This document shows, in pieces, positions 57,908 through 64,000 of a stretch of DNA of 64,000 bases (position 1 is the stretch's first letter; each line of letters starts with the position of its first letter). Position numbers and translations under genes: made by a program. The stretch is from Escherichia coli (GTDB taxonomy: Bacteria; Pseudomonadota; Gammaproteobacteria; Enterobacterales; Enterobacteriaceae). A model generated the notes under the pieces. The model did no database searches. It was not told the DNA's origin and saw only the letters and a list, made by a program, of their open reading frames with translations. The stretch lies in the NCBI RefSeq assembly GCF_003018115.1, contig NZ_CP027457.1; one strand, 5' to 3'.

Positions 57908-58358
57908 GGCCACGCGCAGCAAAAATATGCGCGCGATTGCCACGCGTGATACGGCGATTGAGAAGCGCCTCGCCAGTTTGTTAACCGGGCAGGGCCTGGC
58001 GTTTCGCGTTCAGGACGCCAGTCTGCCCGGACGCCCGGATTTTGTCGTTGATGAATATCGCTGCGTGATATTTACCCACGGCTGCTTCTGGCATCATCAT
58101 CACTGCTATCTGTTTAAAGTGCCTGCGACTCGAACCGAGTTCTGGCTGGAGAAGATAGGTAAAAATGTTGAGCGCGATCGCCGCGATATCAGTCGCTTGC
58201 AGGAACTCGGCTGGCGCGTATTGATTGTCTGGGAGTGCGCGTTACGTGGGCGCGAGAAGCTGACGGATGAAGCGCTTAGCGAGCGTCTGGAAGAGTGGAT
58301 CTGCGGCGAAGGTGCCAGCGCGCAGATCGACACGCAGGGGATTCATTTACTCGCTTGA
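57888..58358 (+). CDS. vsr: Very-short-patch repair endonuclease
   Basis: Start at [21 protein letters not shown]... (156 aa), overlapping the dcm 3' end by 20 nt in another frame. Confidence 0.92.
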   Translation: MADVHDKATRSKNMRAIATRDTAIEKRLASLLTGQGLAFRVQDASLPGRPDFVVDEYRCVIFTHGCFWHHHHCYLFKVPATRTEFWLEKIGKNVERDRRDISRLQELGWRVLIVWECALRGREKLTDEALSERLEEWICGEGASAQIDTQGIHLLA

Positions 58359-59267
58359 TGCGTCCTGAATAACTGGCGCAACTACGGGTTTTGCCGGGAA
58401 GAGATATTTTCCCAACGTTACCAGTACCACCGCGAAGACAATTACGCCGAGCGCCAGCCATTCAATCTTCGACAGTGTTTCTCCACCCAGTCCCGTACCC
58501 AGCAAGACCGCGACCACCGGGTTAACGTAAGCGTAGCTGGTGGCGAGAGCCGGACTGACATTACGGATTAAATACATATAAGCGTTGATGGCGATAATCG
58601 AACCAAACAGCGCCAGATAGCCGACCGCAAGGAAGCCTGAAAGGGAAGGGAGCGCCGTCAGTTTTTCACCCGCAATCATCGACGCGATCATTAACACCAC
58701 GCCTGCCGCCAGCATCTCAATCGCACCCGCCATCATCCCTACAGGTAAGGTAATGCGCGAGCCATAAACTGAGCCAAACGCCCAGCTAATCGAGCCGATT
58801 AAAATCAGAATCGCGCCCCACGGATTGCCGCTTAAATTTCCACCGCTATTGAGCATGATGATTCCGGCAAGCCCAATGGCAATACCCACCCATTCCAGTT
58901 TGCGCGTTTTAATGCCAAACAGGCGGCTGAAGCACAGGGTAAAGAGGGGCACGGTTGCAACCACTACGGCGGCGATGCCGGAAGGAACATTTTGATGTTC
59001 GGCAACCGTCACCATGCCATTACCGACAGCCAGCAATAACAGGCCAATCAGCGCGGCATTGAGCAGCGGACGTAGCGGGGGGAGTTTGTGTCCGCGCAGT
59101 AGCAAAAATGCCAGCAATAAAATACCGGCTGCCAGGAATCGAACGCCCGCCATCATTAACGGAGGCCAGCTTTCCACGCCAATCCGAATGACAAAATAGG
59201 TTGAGCCCCAAATGATATACAACGCAAACAGCGCGCCAAAAAGCGGTAACAACTGGCGGAAACGCAT
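58347..59267 (-). CDS. yedA: EamA/DMT-family inner-membrane transporter
   Basis: 306-aa 10-TM ORF. Confidence 0.88.
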   Translation of the reverse strand: MRFRQLLPLFGALFALYIIWGSTYFVIRIGVESWPPLMMAGVRFLAAGILLLAFLLLRGHKLPPLRPLLNAALIGLLLLAVGNGMVTVAEHQNVPSGIAAVVVATVPLFTLCFSRLFGIKTRKLEWVGIAIGLAGIIMLNSGGNLSGNPWGAILILIGSISWAFGSVYGSRITLPVGMMAGAIEMLAAGVVLMIASMIAGEKLTALPSLSGFLAVGYLALFGSIIAINAYMYLIRNVSPALATSYAYVNPVVAVLLGTGLGGETLSKIEWLALGVIVFAVVLVTLGKYLFPAKPVVAPVIQDASSE

Positions 59268-59439
59268 AATCCCTCACGGTGGAAATAAAAAGGTGGTTCA
59301 TAGTAAACGTGAAAATCATTCTGCTGGCGAGAGATATAATTGCACTTGATTGTTAAAAAAATGTTGACCTGTGAAGCAAGTATCAGAGCTGCCGTTTTTG
59401 CTTCATACTTACACCCTTCAACAATAAAAATGAGAGGGA

Positions 59440-60357
59440 ATGCTTTTGGCCGGGAGTAGTTTACTGACGTTGCTCGATGATATCGCCACACTACTGGACG
59501 ATATCTCCGTGATGGGCAAACTGGCGGCGAAGAAAACCGCCGGTGTATTAGGGGATGACTTATCGCTCAATGCGCAACAAGTTTCAGGCGTGCGGGCCAA
59601 CCGGGAACTTCCCGTGGTCTGGGGCGTGGCGAAAGGATCGCTGATTAATAAAGTGATTCTGGTGCCGCTGGCGCTGATCATCAGTGCGTTTATCCCGTGG
59701 GCGATTACGCCTCTGTTGATGATTGGTGGCGCGTTTCTCTGCTTTGAAGGAGTAGAGAAAGTGCTGCATATGCTGGAGGCGCGTAAACATAAAGAAGATC
59801 CGGCGCAGAGCCAGCAGCGTCTGGAGAAGCTGGCGGCGCAGGATCCGCTGAAGTTTGAAAAGGACAAAATAAAAGGGGCGATTCGTACCGATTTTATATT
59901 GTCTGCCGAAATCGTCGCCATCACGCTGGGGATTGTGGCCGAAGCGCCGTTGCTTAATCAGGTGCTGGTGCTTTCAGGCATCGCGCTGGTAGTGACCGTG
60001 GGCGTCTACGGTCTGGTAGGGGTTATCGTGAAGATTGATGACCTGGGGTATTGGCTGGCGGAAAAATCCAGCGCGCTGATGCAGGCATTAGGTAAAGGAT
60101 TATTGATTATCGCGCCCTGGCTGATGAAAGCGTTATCGATTGTCGGCACGCTGGCGATGTTCCTCGTCGGCGGCGGGATTGTGGTACATGGTATTGCGCC
60201 GCTGCATCACGCCATTGAACATTTCGCCGGGCAGCAAAGTGCAGTGGTGGCGATGATATTACCGACTGTTTTAAATCTGATTCTTGGATTTATCATCGGC
60301 GGCATCGTGGTGCTGGGAGTGAAAGCCGTAGCGAAAATGCGCGGTCAGGCACATTAA
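59440..60357 (+). CDS. yedI: DUF808-family inner-membrane protein
   Basis: 305-aa [35 protein letters not shown]... Confidence 0.88.
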   Translation: MLLAGSSLLTLLDDIATLLDDISVMGKLAAKKTAGVLGDDLSLNAQQVSGVRANRELPVVWGVAKGSLINKVILVPLALIISAFIPWAITPLLMIGGAFLCFEGVEKVLHMLEARKHKEDPAQSQQRLEKLAAQDPLKFEKDKIKGAIRTDFILSAEIVAITLGIVAEAPLLNQVLVLSGIALVVTVGVYGLVGVIVKIDDLGYWLAEKSSALMQALGKGLLIIAPWLMKALSIVGTLAMFLVGGGIVVHGIAPLHHAIEHFAGQQSAVVAMILPTVLNLILGFIIGGIVVLGVKAVAKMRGQAH

Positions 60358-60435
60358 TACTCGCACAGGCTATTATGCAAAATTCGCCATCTTCAACTAA
60401 GGTGAACAAGTTTCACTCGAAAAAAGGAGGCGAGT

Positions 60436-60618
60436 ATGAGCTTTATGGTTAGTGAGGAAGTTACGGTTAAAGAGGGCGGCCCGCGGATGATTGTCACCGG
60501 ATACTCCAGCGGTATGGTTGAGTGTCGTTGGTATGACGGTTACGGGGTCAAGCGGGAAGCTTTTCATGAAACCGAGCTTGTTCCGGGGGAGGGGAGTCGT
60601 TCTGCGGAAGAAGTTTGA
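60436..60618 (+). CDS. yodC: Small protein of unknown function (DUF2158)
   Basis: 60-aa ORF preceded by an AAGGAGG RBS. Confidence 0.85.
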   Translation: MSFMVSEEVTVKEGGPRMIVTGYSSGMVECRWYDGYGVKREAFHETELVPGEGSRSAEEV

Positions 60619-60630
60619 AAGGGTATCATT

Positions 60631-60665
60631 AACACCAGGCCGGATCACTTCCGGCCTGGTGTGCC
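60631..60665 (+). terminator. Stem-loop downstream of yodC
   Basis: Inverted repeat caccaggccggatcacttccggcctggtg. Confidence 0.6.
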
Positions 60666-60788
60666 AATGCCTGCAATGAATGATAGTCGCGTCTTATCAT
60701 GCCACCATTATAAAATTATCGCTGTTTTGCGGTACGCTATCGCCAGGTTATGCCAGAATCATAAAAAAGCAGGTTGGGAGTCGTCAGG

Positions 60789-63313
<2,525 letters not shown>

Positions 63314-63492
63314 TTACCAGGATGATTCTCAAAACAGCACAAATTATCAAAGATGATTTTTTCGGGAGCGATCCCGCTGACGCCAGAGCCACCAAGGGGT
63401 GACGTGCGTCACATTTCTATTCATAAGTAGCGTTAATCATTCATATGGCGAATATTTTCTTGTCAGCGAAAAAAATTGCGGATAAGGTGATG

Positions 63493-63579
63493 AACACATC
63501 AGATTTCCTGGTGTAACGAATTTTTTAAGTGCTTCTTGCTTAAGCAAGTTTCATCCCGACCCCCTCAGGGTCGGGATTT
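63493..63579 (+). ncRNA. dsrA: DsrA small regulatory RNA (Hfq-dependent; rpoS activator and hns repressor)
   Basis: AACACATCAGATTTCCTGGTGTAACGAATTTTTTAAGTGCTTCTTGCTTAAGCAAGTTTCATCCCGACCCCCTCAGGGTCGGGATTT, with terminal hairpin and U-run, matches DsrA as I recall it. Confidence 0.9.
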
Positions 63580-63592
63580 TTTTATTGTGCAT

Positions 63593-63820
63593 TCAACGAT
63601 TCACTTCAGAGACGCTGAAGTCATGAATATCCAGTTCGAAGGCATCCGCCAATTCACGCCATGTATGATATTCACGTCCATCGACGCTAACGTGTTCAGA
63701 ATCGTTCTGGCTGCGATGAACTTCGCTTTCGCTAATTTCATTGATCGCCGCCAGCAGGGCATCGACATCGACGCTGACCTCACGTTTTGCGGTATCGCTG
63801 TACTCTTTTGCGGTTTTCAT
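63593..63820 (-). CDS. yodD: Small stress-induced protein
   Basis: ORF 63593..63835; start at MKTAKEYSDTAKREVSVDVDALL... (75 aa). Confidence 0.85.
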   Translation of the reverse strand: MKTAKEYSDTAKREVSVDVDALLAAINEISESEVHRSQNDSEHVSVDGREYHTWRELADAFELDIHDFSVSEVNR

Positions 63821-63982
63821 CATCTTTCCTCGCAACCGTTACTCTGTTGTTGCCGCCAGTCGTTAAGTCCGCCTGGCATCTCTTAAGTATAGACCGTCGA
63901 GAAAATCAGCACTCGCGCGCGCCTGGCGCTGCCAGAAAAACGAAATTGTTCTACACTGGCACAAAGCCACAGGAGGAAAACG

Positions 63983-64000
63983 ATGAAGGTGAATGATCGG
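63983..64000 (+). CDS. dsrB: DsrB, first codons only (MKVNDR...); continues beyond the window
   Basis: ATG at 63983 preceded by AGGAGG; only 6 codons are visible. Confidence 0.6.

Noticed and set aside
63536-63886. 116-aa plus-strand ORF spanning the dsrA terminator and yodD
   Set aside because: It overlaps the DsrA terminator and is antisense to yodD; a spurious frame.

Overview
This window reads as an Escherichia coli-type chromosomal segment, collinear with the E. coli K-12 gnd-his-sbcB-cob-yeeJ-hprRS-dcm-dsrA region (roughly 44-45 min) but presented in reverse-complement orientation. Gene identities come from reading the supplied ORF translations and recognising well-known proteins and RNAs from memory; no database search was run. 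Gene order is: gnd (3' part), ugd, wzzB, the his operon on the minus strand (hisIE-F-A-H-B-C-D-G plus hisL leader and attenuator), yefM-yoeB toxin-antitoxin, yeeZ, yeeY, plaP, yeeE-yeeD, sbcB, dacD, sbmC, yeeA, yeeX, cobUST, ldtA(erfK), tRNA-Asn, nac, cbl, tRNA-Asn, yeeO, tRNA-Asn, yeeN, amn, shiA, yeeL, yeeJ, tRNA-Asn, mtfA, tRNA-Ser, yodB, zinT, msrQP, hiuH, hprRS, hchA, yedS, yedR, yedJ, dcm-vsr, yedA, yedI, yodC, dgcQ, yedP, dsrA sRNA, yodD and the start of dsrB. I found no CRISPR array, integrase, transposase or prophage, and no convincingly novel multi-gene system; this is mostly conserved core genome. The points most worth a second look are: (1) an apparently intact GT9-family glycosyltransferase (yeeL) divergently paired with a very large yeeJ inverse-autotransporter adhesin that carries a near-identical 609-bp internal tandem duplication; (2) a short yeeX-cobU junction with no prophage between them, holding a EutP/PduV-like gene fragment; (3) an apparently intact yedS porin; (4) four tRNA-Asn genes whose flanks show no inserted island; and (5) a candidate sRNA terminator in the yedS-yedR spacer.
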